From assembly GCA_043750125.1 (NCBI GenBank), contig JAYVCD010000257.1:1-15404 (forward strand): DNA of 15,404 nucleotides, written 5' to 3'. The notes below the pieces were generated by a model, which ran no database searches, had not been told where the DNA came from, and worked only from the letters and a program-made list of their open reading frames with translations. Below, piece after piece: positions 7,579 through 15,242 of the stretch (position 1 is its first letter; each line of letters begins with the position of its first letter). Source of the DNA: Archangiaceae bacterium (lineage in GTDB: Bacteria > Myxococcota > Myxococcia > Myxococcales > Myxococcaceae). Position numbers and translations under genes: made by a program.

Positions 7579-7668
7579 CAGGCCGGCTGATTCACCCGCA
7601 GCGCACACGCGTGCGCATCAATGCGCTTTGGTGTGCGCTGCGGGAAGGGCATTGGTGAACGGGGCCTG
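7579..7668. repeat. Long nested inverted repeat
   Basis: Perfect 14-bp arms CCCGCAGCGCACAC (7595-7608)/GTGTGCGCTGCGGG (7631-7644) and inner GCGCA-tcaa-TGCGC. Outer arms TTCACC (7591-7596)/GGTGAA (7654-7659) and CAGGCC (7579-7584)/GGCCTG (7663-7668). Confidence 0.8.
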
Positions 7669-7767
7669 GAAGCGGACCATTGGGCCCAGATTGGGTGGAA
7701 CAAAGGGTTCGATGCGCCCTCGCTCTACGCCAGAATCCTCGAGGAGCTCAAAGCCCGCGGGTTGTAA
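7666..7767 (+). pseudogene. C-terminal remnant of an alpha/beta-hydrolase (triacylglycerol lipase-like)
   Basis: Frame 1 reads LEADHWAQIGWNKGFDAPSLYARILEELKARGL-stop, resembling the lipase C-terminus with the catalytic His in DH...IGW followed by a terminal helix. An in-frame stop at 7588 means the rest of the gene is missing. Confidence 0.65.
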
Positions 7768-7876
7768 AGAACCCCCCCGGGACTGCAGAGAAGGGAACGA
7801 GCGTTGGAGGCCTGCTGCCCGAGCTGCCGCCTGTAAGCTGTTCGGGCCGTAACCCTGTCAAGGAGTCGCCCCCCCC

Positions 7877-10800
7877 GTGAGTCGCCCCATTGTGTGGATT
7901 GCTGCTGTCGTCTTCTTCTGCTCGGCCTGCGTCGGCGTCACGCCGCTGCTGCGGCCGGCTGAAGTGACGGACGACGCGGCGCTCTTGAAGGCAGTCGAAG
8001 ACTTCTACCGCGCGGGCACTCCGGGTGAGCTGAAGGCTGCGGTGGCGGCGGCTGCGACGGCCGCTCCCGCGTCGGCGCGCTTTCACGAAATCGCCGCCGA
8101 GCTCGCCACCCTCGAGGGAAACGACGAGCAGAACTTCAATCACCTCTACGCGGCGCTGCTCGACACCCGCGACGATGCTCCCCAACTGCACCTGCACAAG
8201 CTGTGTGCGCTCGAGTGGAGCTTCGAGCAGCGCACCCGGGCGAGGGCCCTGCTTCAGCCGCTGTCGCTCGCCCACCCCGACCCGCAGGTCCGCGCGTTGG
8301 CGGCGTGGCACCTGGCGTACCTGCTCAACAACGAGGGCGATGCGCGCGGCCGCGACGAGGCCCTGGCCCTGATTCCCGGAGAAATCGACTTCGACATCGT
8401 CGGCACCTGGGACAACGACAGCGGAAAGGGCTTCGACCTCGAGCTGCCTCCCGAGCAGCGGCCGGACCTGGGGGAAAAATACTCGGGCCGCTCCCACCCC
8501 CTGCAGTGGCGGCTCGCCCCCCCGAAGGACCCCCGCGGCCGGCTGGATCTCGGAGCGATGATGTCTCCTTCCCGCTGGGCCATCGCCTACGCCCAGGCCC
8601 GGGTGCAGGTGAAGCAAGACGGAAAGTATCTGCTGCTGCTCACCACCTCGGACCCGCTCAAAATCTGGGTCGACGGAAAACTGACCTTCTCGCTGAGCGA
8701 GCTTCAGACCAGCGCCTTCGACCACCTGGTGGTGCCGCTGAAGCTTCCCCGCGGCGGTCACAAGGTGCTGGTGAAGAGCGCTCACCGGGACGACGTCTGG
8801 GTGCTCTCGGCCCGACTGGTGAGCGCGCCGGACACCCAACCCCCGCTCTACAACCTCGCCGCCAAAGTCCTCGCCACCTCGGGCAGCCCTCCGGCCCAGG
8901 GCACGGCGCGGCTGCACCACCACCTGGTCGAATGGGCCCACCTCGGGGCCGGAGGCAGCCACACCGTTCGCTTCGCCGATTCGTTCGCCCGCGCCTTCCC
9001 CGAGAGCCTGCAGGCCCGGTTGGATCAAACCCAGGCGCTCTGGTTCAACCAGGAACGCGGCCGCACCGCCGACCTGCTCGCCGCGCTGGACAAGGAAGTC
9101 GGGGACACCCTGCCCTTCGTGCGCTTGAGGCAGGTGCGCTTCAACCAGCAGCAGGGAATGCGGCTGAAGGCGCGGACCCAGCTGCTCGAGCTGACCCAAG
9201 CCAAACCTGGCTTGCGCGAAGGGTGGGACCTGCTGGCCGAGTACTACCGCAGCGAGTCGTGGACCGAGGACGAGCTGAAGACCGAAGAGCAGATGCTCGC
9301 CCACTTTCCAGTGACTCTCAGCGATCGCCTCGATTACGCGCGCACTTTGCTGCGCGACGGGCGACGCGAGCCGGCAATCGAGCAGTACGAGCAGGTGCTG
9401 AAGGCGATTCCGGCGCACGGGGAATGCCTCAAGCGGCTGGCCGAGCTGGCGCTCGAAGCGGGGCAGCTGAAGCGGGCCGAAGGGCTGCTGCTGCGGCGCC
9501 TGGCCGCCTGGCCCACCGACTACGGCAGCTGGGTCGCGTTGTCCGACGTGCGGCGGCGAATGCTCGATTCTTCCGGGGCGCACCAGGCGCTGGCCATTGC
9601 GATTGCCTTGAACCCCGACGCCGCGCTCGCCTACCAGGCGGAAGGAAATCTGTTCTGGGTCGAAGGCGCGCGGGAACCGGCGATTGCCAAGTGGCGCGAG
9701 GCGCTGGCGCAGAACCCCGACGACGAACGGCTGGCCAACCGGCTCGAGTACGTCGCCCCCGAGGACAAAGGCCCGTGGGCGGCCGACGTGCCCGACGAGG
9801 CGGCGCTGGAAGCGGCGGTCGCGCTGCGCAGCAAGACGATTCCCAGGCCGGGCGCCGATGTCGCCTACCTGCTGGACCACGAAGTGACCCAGCTCAATTC
9901 CGATGGCAGCACCATCAACGTGGTGAGCCTGGTGATGCACGCCTTCAACCCGGCCGGCCGAGATCGGCTGGTGCGGCAGAACGTGGCGGGCGCGGGCCGG
10001 GTGCGGATGCTGGCGTCCTACTCGGTGGACGAGAAGGGCGCGCGCACCGAGGCGGCGTCCGAGCGGGGGCGCAGCGTGCTGTTCCGCGGGCTGCAGCCGG
10101 GCTCGACGGTGGTGATGCAGTACCGAATCGATTCGCCCCCGAGCGGCTACCTCTCGCGCTACCTCACCAAGAGCTGGAGCTTTCAAGGCGTCGGAGACCA
10201 GCGGACCCGCAGCCAGTTCGTGATGTGGGTCCCCGCCGGCACCGAGCTGCACGAGCGCCGGGTCGGCCCGGTGGATCGGGCAGAGAAGAAGCGCGGCTCG
10301 CAGCTGCGGCTGCAGTGGACGTCGACCGACATGCCTCCGCTGATTCCCGAGCCGGGAATGCCGACCGTCGCCGAGCTGGCGGCGAACATCAAGCTCTCGA
10401 CCGTGCCCGACTGGTCGGTGTGGTTGTCGTGGGAACAGGCGCTGCTGGAAGGCGCGTTTCGAGACAGCCCCCAGACCGACGCGGTGGCGAAGAAGCTGGG
10501 CGAGGGCAACCCCGACGAGAAGACGCGGTTCGATCGGATCCACGAGTACGTGATGCAGGAAATCCGGTACCAGCAGGACTACGAGAGCTTCATCGCCGGG
10601 GTGAAGCCGCATCCGGCTCCGGTGACGCTCGAACGAAAGTACGGCGACTGCAAAGACAAGGCGGTGCTGTTCATCACCCTGGCGCAGAAGCTCGGGCTCG
10701 AGGCCCACTTCGCGCTGGTCCGCACCCGGGACGTAGGGCCGATCGAGCAGGACGTGCCGATGCAACAGTTCAACCACGCGATCGTCTACGTGCCTTCCCA

Positions 10801-11617
10801 GCCGGGTTTCCCCAACGCCCGCTTCTTCGACCCGACCGCCGACGCGCTGGACCTGGCGGTGGTGCGCAGCGATGACACCGGCACCCGGGCGCTGGTCTTC
10901 GACCCGAAGAACAACGTCCACACCTGGCGGGAAATCCCCTTTCAGGCTCCCGAGCTCAATTCCGATTCGTTTGACCTCAAACTGGTTCTCGACAGGGAAG
11001 GCACTGCGGCCGGAACGCTGACCATGTCCGGGGTGGGGCGCACCGGTTCCACGCTGCGGCGCACGGCGCGCAATGCCGAGACCACCGCCCAATTTCTGCA
11101 GCGGGTCGCGGTCGCGCTGATGCCCGGAGCCGAGAGCTCGGACCCGAAGGTGGTCGAGGTCAAATCGCTGAACCTTCCCGCGGTGCTCTCGAGCCACGTG
11201 GTGTCCGGCGGCTTCGCGCACAAAGAGGGCGACACGGTTCGAATGCGAATTCCTTCCGACTGGAACCCCCGCTATTCCTACAACCTGGCCAGCCGCCGCC
11301 ATTCCCTGGTGCTCGGCGCTCCCACCCAGTACGTGACCCGCGTCGACCTGGCCCTGCCCGATGGAATGCAGGTGAAGAAGCTGCCGCAAGGGGGCGCGGT
11401 CGATGCGCCCTGCCTCAGCTACCAGCGGACGGTGAAGCTCTCGGCCGACGGAAAGAGCGTCGAGGTGAAGCAGGACGTGAAGCTCAAGTGCGAGCGCATT
11501 TCGTCCGCCGAGTACCCGGTGTACCGCGCGCATGCCGAGACCATCGCCCGCATGCTCGATGACGAGCTGGTGCTGGGAGCGTCCTCGAAGGGCGGGGCCC
11601 GGGCAGCGGCCCGGTAG
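7877..11617 (+). CDS. Large lipoprotein with TPR repeats, DUF3857 and transglutaminase-like domains
   Basis: AAGGAG upstream of GTG. Lipobox-like FFCSA-C. PA14-like beta segment (AIAYAQARV...DPLKIWVDGK). TPRs (AIEQYEQVLKAIP, AIAKWREALAQNP). DUF3857-like FRGLQPGSTVVMQY. Intact Cys-His-Asp motifs GDCKD, FNHAI and FFDPT. Confidence 0.9.
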   Translation: MSRPIVWIAAVVFFCSACVGVTPLLRPAEVTDDAALLKAVEDFYRAGTPGELKAAVAAAATAAPASARFHEIAAELATLEGNDEQNFNHLYAALLDTRDDAPQLHLHKLCALEWSFEQRTRARALLQPLSLAHPDPQVRALAAWHLAYLLNNEGDARGRDEALALIPGEIDFDIVGTWDNDSGKGFDLELPPEQRPDLGEKYSGRSHPLQWRLAPPKDPRGRLDLGAMMSPSRWAIAYAQARVQVKQDGKYLLLLTTSDPLKIWVDGKLTFSLSELQTSAFDHLVVPLKLPRGGHKVLVKSAHRDDVWVLSARLVSAPDTQPPLYNLAAKVLATSGSPPAQGTARLHHHLVEWAHLGAGGSHTVRFADSFARAFPESLQARLDQTQALWFNQERGRTADLLAALDKEVGDTLPFVRLRQVRFNQQQGMRLKARTQLLELTQAKPGLREGWDLLAEYYRSESWTEDELKTEEQMLAHFPVTLSDRLDYARTLLRDGRREPAIEQYEQVLKAIPAHGECLKRLAELALEAGQLKRAEGLLLRRLAAWPTDYGSWVALSDVRRRMLDSSGAHQALAIAIALNPDAALAYQAEGNLFWVEGAREPAIAKWREALAQNPDDERLANRLEYVAPEDKGPWAADVPDEAALEAAVALRSKTIPRPGADVAYLLDHEVTQLNSDGSTINVVSLVMHAFNPAGRDRLVRQNVAGAGRVRMLASYSVDEKGARTEAASERGRSVLFRGLQPGSTVVMQYRIDSPPSGYLSRYLTKSWSFQGVGDQRTRSQFVMWVPAGTELHERRVGPVDRAEKKRGSQLRLQWTSTDMPPLIPEPGMPTVAELAANIKLSTVPDWSVWLSWEQALLEGAFRDSPQTDAVAKKLGEGNPDEKTRFDRIHEYVMQEIRYQQDYESFIAGVKPHPAPVTLERKYGDCKDKAVLFITLAQKLGLEAHFALVRTRDVGPIEQDVPMQQFNHAIVYVPSQPGFPNARFFDPTADALDLAVVRSDDTGTRALVFDPKNNVHTWREIPFQAPELNSDSFDLKLVLDREGTAAGTLTMSGVGRTGSTLRRTARNAETTAQFLQRVAVALMPGAESSDPKVVEVKSLNLPAVLSSHVVSGGFAHKEGDTVRMRIPSDWNPRYSYNLASRRHSLVLGAPTQYVTRVDLALPDGMQVKKLPQGGAVDAPCLSYQRTVKLSADGKSVEVKQDVKLKCERISSAEYPVYRAHAETIARMLDDELVLGASSKGGARAAAR

Positions 11618-11627
11618 CATCCGCGCC

Positions 11628-12080
11628 CTAGATTCCCCGCATCGCGCCGCTGGCGGTGCCCAGCTTCTCGCGGGCGTACTCCACCACCCGGTCGACCAGG
11701 CGGGCCAGCGCGCTCACCGGGTGCGGCAGTCGGGGGAAGCGGGGAGCGGTGGTCTTCGCCTGCACCAGCACCAGGCCGATCGCCTCGAGCTCGGCGACGC
11801 TCATCACCCGCTGCAGCTCGGGAAAGAAGACTTCCTGCTCTTCCTGCACGTGGTTGCGCACCAGCGCGGAAAGCACGTTCACCACTGCGCCCATCTTCTG
11901 CTCGCGCTTCTCGAACGCGCTGGGCAGGGCAATCAACCCCTCGAGGTGGAGCAGGGTGGTCTTGACCAGGTCGTGTTCCTCCACGCTCTCGAGCACCTGC
12001 CGGGCGAGCACCGGGCTGCGTTCCGACGCAGGTTTGTACACGCAGCGCTCTTCGATTGAGGCGTGCACGGACAACTGGTC
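11628..12080 (-). pseudogene. Hemerythrin-domain protein lacking its first helix
   Basis: Contains HASIEE, EEH and HVQEE ligand motifs plus a KTTAPRFP tail. The N-terminal helix with the first His is absent, and only ~50 bp remain before the divergent gene. Possible TTG start at 12110 without a well-spaced SD. Confidence 0.7.
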
Positions 12081-12132
12081 CCGCCCCCCTAGAAAACTCC
12101 GGACCGGCAACCTTTTCGTGTAAAGGCGCGCG

Positions 12133-12519
12133 ATGTCTTCGAGTGATGTTCAGTCTGCTCCGCTGACCTTCGAGCGCTTCTGGCGTTGGATTTCCGAGCA
12201 CCCCAACTGCGTGGTGCGCGCGGGCACCGGTGAAGCGACCCTCTTCGACTTCGACGACTACCACTGGGAATTCCACGACGAGGACGATGGCCACGCGATC
12301 GCGGGTCTGATTCGCGGGAAGAACCTGGTCGGAGAGCTGGTCATCGACAAGGCGACGGTGCTCTTCGTCCAGTCGTCGATCGACATCGAAGCGCCGCAGT
12401 CGGGGCACTGGTTGTTCGAGGTGATTGGGGGCAGCAAAGAGGAGCCGTTCGGGGTGGCGTTCTTCGTCGTCAGCCACGGAATCGAGTCCACCGCCGGACA
12501 CCAGATGCTGAAGCACTGA
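12133..12519 (+). CDS. Hypothetical protein (128 aa, acidic, beta-rich)
   Basis: Clean ORF with GC3-biased codons, co-oriented with and 30 bp upstream of the F0 cluster. Confidence 0.8.
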   Translation: MSSSDVQSAPLTFERFWRWISEHPNCVVRAGTGEATLFDFDDYHWEFHDEDDGHAIAGLIRGKNLVGELVIDKATVLFVQSSIDIEAPQSGHWLFEVIGGSKEEPFGVAFFVVSHGIESTAGHQMLKH

Positions 12520-12549
12520 CCGCAATGCCCGTGCTACAGGCGCGCTGCC

Positions 12550-12792
12550 TTGTCTGACCCGGAAGAAGGGCTGTCTCCGCTGGCGAAATCGATGCGCCAG
12601 GCCGGGCCCTGGTTGGCGGTGACTTCCCGGCTGACCGGGGGTGCGTTGTTCGGAGTGTTGGCGGGCTGGGGGCTGGACGCGGGGATGGGGTGGAAGCAGC
12701 ACTGGGGAATCATCATCTGCTCCGCGTTGGGGCTGTTCGCGGGGTTCTGGGGCTTCATCAGCGGCGTGATTCAAATGGGCAAAAAGAAGTGA
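12550..12792 (+). CDS. AtpZ/AtpI-family (ATPase gene 1) two-TM protein
   Basis: Sequence FGVLAGWGLDAGMGWKQHWGIIICSALGLFAGF fits the G..LD...P.....LG..AGF pattern. First gene of the atp cluster, TTG start. Confidence 0.82.
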   Translation: MSDPEEGLSPLAKSMRQAGPWLAVTSRLTGGALFGVLAGWGLDAGMGWKQHWGIIICSALGLFAGFWGFISGVIQMGKKK

Positions 12793-13196
12793 AACAGTTT
12801 TCGTTCTACGCCGGGGTGAGCGCCGCCGTGGCCGCCGCCGCCGCGCTGACGGTGGCCGTGGTTCCGGCCTCTGACGCTTCCCGCAGTGCCGCGTGGCTGG
12901 GAATCGCCCTCGCCACCGCGTCGGGCGCGATTGCGTTGCTGCTCAAGCGCCGCGCGATGGCTTCAGACGGTCTCGATTCGCTCACCAGCGGGATGAAGAC
13001 CCTGGGCCTGGTGATGGCGATGCGCGCGGTGCTGTTGATGGCCGGCCTGGTCTGGGTCGCGCGCCACAACGATGGTGCGATTGGATTTGTGTGCGGCTTC
13101 TTCGGCGTCTATCTGGGGCAGCAATGGCTCGAAATCAGCTACCTGCTCACCGAGCAGAAACGTCATTCCCAACTTCGCAAGGTGCACAGTCCATGA
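12789..13196 (+). CDS. atpI: ATP synthase protein I-like four-TM membrane protein
   Basis: GTG12789 overlaps the previous stop (GTGA). Four hydrophobic segments. The stop overlaps the atpB start (ATGA). Confidence 0.7.
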   Translation: MKQFSFYAGVSAAVAAAAALTVAVVPASDASRSAAWLGIALATASGAIALLLKRRAMASDGLDSLTSGMKTLGLVMAMRAVLLMAGLVWVARHNDGAIGFVCGFFGVYLGQQWLEISYLLTEQKRHSQLRKVHSP

Positions 13197-14215
13197 AGCG
13201 AACGCTTGTTGTGCTGTTCAGCCTGGTCGCAGCCACCGCGTGGGCCGAAGGGCCTGAGCCCGAACACGAGTCGCACGACACCCCGACGGTAATCATCCAC
13301 CACGTCAGCGATTCGCTGGACTACGAGTTCGAGCTCCCCTGGCCCGGGGTGGAGCACAACCCCACGATTCACCTCGGCCAGATTTTTGCGCCGCTGATGT
13401 TCGAGCGGACGCCGGGAGCCTGCGCGCTCGAGGCCCCCCCGGCGTACTCGGCGGCTCCTTCGCTGGGCGCCTGGTTCGTCAACGGCTGCTACGACCTGCG
13501 GCCGACGAAGAGCATCTTCCTGATGTGGGTGGCTGCGGCGCTGTTGCTCTTCCTCGTCTTTCGCTACGCGCACCGGGACCACACCAAGCACGTCCCGGTG
13601 GGCGTGGGCGCGAACATCGTCGAGGTGCTGGTGTTGTTCGTGCGCGATGAGATCGCGGTGAAAAACATCGGGAAGGAAGAGGCGCCCCGCTACACGCCCT
13701 TTCTGACCACCATCTTCTTCTTCATCTTGACGATGAACTGGCTGGGCCTGATTCCGAACCTCGGCAGCGCGACGGGCAACCTCGCGGTCACCGCGGCGCT
13801 CGCGCTGTGCACCTTCGTGCTGACCCAGATTGCCTCGATTCGGTCGGCGGGCATCGGCGGGTACTTGAAGCACCTGACTGGCGGCACCCCGATGTGGCTG
13901 TGGCCGATCATGATTCCGGTCGAGATCCTCGGGCTGTTCACCAAGCCCTTCGCGCTCACGGTTCGTCTGTTCGCGAACATGCTGGCCGGACACATGGTGC
14001 TCTTCTTCCTGCTCGGGTTGATCTTCATGCTCCACCCGGCGCTGGCGGTCATCTCGGTGCCCATGGCGACCGCGATCTACTTCCTCGAGATCTTCGTCGG
14101 CCTCGTGCAGGCGTACATCTTCACCCTGCTGTCCGCGCTGTTCATCGGCATGGGCGTCGCGATGGGCCACCACGGGCACGAAGCCCACGGCGACGAGGGC
14201 GGACACCCCCACTGA
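13193..14215 (+). CDS. atpB: F0F1 ATP synthase subunit a
   Basis: Motifs [40 protein letters not shown] (essential Arg) and [16 protein letters not shown]. Confidence 0.97.
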   Translation: MKRTLVVLFSLVAATAWAEGPEPEHESHDTPTVIIHHVSDSLDYEFELPWPGVEHNPTIHLGQIFAPLMFERTPGACALEAPPAYSAAPSLGAWFVNGCYDLRPTKSIFLMWVAAALLLFLVFRYAHRDHTKHVPVGVGANIVEVLVLFVRDEIAVKNIGKEEAPRYTPFLTTIFFFILTMNWLGLIPNLGSATGNLAVTAALALCTFVLTQIASIRSAGIGGYLKHLTGGTPMWLWPIMIPVEILGLFTKPFALTVRLFANMLAGHMVLFFLLGLIFMLHPALAVISVPMATAIYFLEIFVGLVQAYIFTLLSALFIGMGVAMGHHGHEAHGDEGGHPH

Positions 14216-14322
14216 TTTTCAAAGCACCCCGCGGAGAAGTCGTCGCCGCGCTGGAGGTAGCACCCAAGGGCCTTCACGACTCCCCCTCAAGCGAGTCATC
14301 ACCGAATGGGCAAATGGACACT

Positions 14323-14559
14323 ATGAACGCAGTTGCTTACGCATACCTCTCGGCAGGCATCGGAGCCGGCCTCACGATCATCGGCGCAGGACTCGGCATC
14401 GGGAAGCTCGCCGGCGCTGCACTCGAAGGCACCGCGCGCCAGCCGTCGGCGACCGGAGACATCCGTACGTCGATGCTGATCGCCGCAGGTCTCATCGAAG
14501 GCGCCGCGCTGTTCGCGCTGATTATCTGCATCCTTCTGACGGTGAAGGGCGCGGTCTGA
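14323..14559 (+). CDS. atpE: F0F1 ATP synthase subunit c
   Basis: GAGLGIG glycine motif, ARQP loop and LIEG with the ion-binding Glu. 78 aa from ATG14323. Confidence 0.97.
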   Translation: MNAVAYAYLSAGIGAGLTIIGAGLGIGKLAGAALEGTARQPSATGDIRTSMLIAAGLIEGAALFALIICILLTVKGAV

Positions 14560-14569
14560 TTTCCAACCG

Positions 14570-14609
14570 TCCCGGGCGGGGCACTGCGCGCCGCCCGGGA
14601 TGTTTGTCT
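14570..14609 (+). terminator. Stem-loop with U-rich tail between atpE and atpF
   Basis: TCCCGGGCGG (14570-14579)...CCGCCCGGGA (14591-14600), followed by TGTTTGTCT. Confidence 0.65.
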
Positions 14610-14644
14610 GCTCCAACGAAACACCACTCGACCCAGAGAACTCC

Positions 14645-15184
14645 ATGAACTTTCTCGTCCTCGCCGCTGAAGGCCCCGCCGCTGGATTCACCGACGTCCG
14701 CCCGGGCCTCATCTTCTGGACGTTGATCACCTTCTTCATCGTCGCCTTCGTGCTGCGCCGCGCCGCCTGGGGTCCGATCCTCAAGGCCGTGAACGAGCGC
14801 GAGAAGGCGATCAGCGACTCGATCGAAGCGGCCAAGCGCGAGCGGGCCGAGGCCGAGAAGCTGCTGGGCGAGCAGAAGAGCGCCATCGCCGCCGCCCGCG
14901 CCGAAGCCGCCGAGATGATGCGGAAGAATCAGACCGACATGGAGAAGTTCCGTGAGGATCTGATGGGCAAGTCGCGCAAGGAAGCCGAAGACCTGAAGGC
15001 AGACGCCCGCCGCAGCATCGAGGAAGAGAAGAACAAGGCGGTCGCGGACCTCAAGGCGCACGCGGTGACGCTCGCCATCCAGGTCGCCGAGAAGCTGCTC
15101 GAAGAGAAGCTCGACGACGCGAAGCACAAGTCGCTGGCCGAGAAGTTCATCAACGACCTCGGCAACAAGCGCCCGTCGGCGTAG
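14645..15184 (+). CDS. atpF: F0F1 ATP synthase subunit b
   Basis: PGLIFWTLITFFIVAFVLRRAAWGPILKAVNEREKAI, followed by a long Ala/Glu/Lys-rich coiled coil. Confidence 0.96.
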   Translation: MNFLVLAAEGPAAGFTDVRPGLIFWTLITFFIVAFVLRRAAWGPILKAVNEREKAISDSIEAAKRERAEAEKLLGEQKSAIAAARAEAAEMMRKNQTDMEKFREDLMGKSRKEAEDLKADARRSIEEEKNKAVADLKAHAVTLAIQVAEKLLEEKLDDAKHKSLAEKFINDLGNKRPSA

Positions 15185-15193
15185 TCGCAGTCG

Positions 15194-15234
15194 CCGCGGG
15201 GACTTGTGCTACGCACGGTCGGTCGTCCCCGCGG
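15194..15234. other. Inverted repeat downstream of atpF
   Basis: CCGCGGGGAC (15194-15203)/GTCCCCGCGG (15225-15234) with inner GTGC-tac-GCAC. The right arm overlaps the GGAGG of the next gene. Confidence 0.55.
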
Positions 15235-15242
15235 AGGTCTCG

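Noticed and set aside
6643-7590. 315-aa plus-strand ORF
   Set aside because: Antisense shadow of the 230-aa gene, which has the SD and more natural composition.
7579-7668. Integron attC site or retron msr-msd
   Set aside because: No RYYYAAC/GTTRRRY ends and no integron integrase or reverse transcriptase in the window. Kept only as an unexplained inverted repeat.
7817-7847. Weak stem GCCCGAGC...GTTCGGGC upstream of the TPR gene
   Set aside because: Short stem with a large loop and no U-tract, within chance expectation for this GC content.
7748-11620. 1290-aa minus-strand ORF
   Set aside because: Codon-aligned antisense shadow of the TPR/transglutaminase gene, expected with strong GC3 bias. 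No recognisable motifs.
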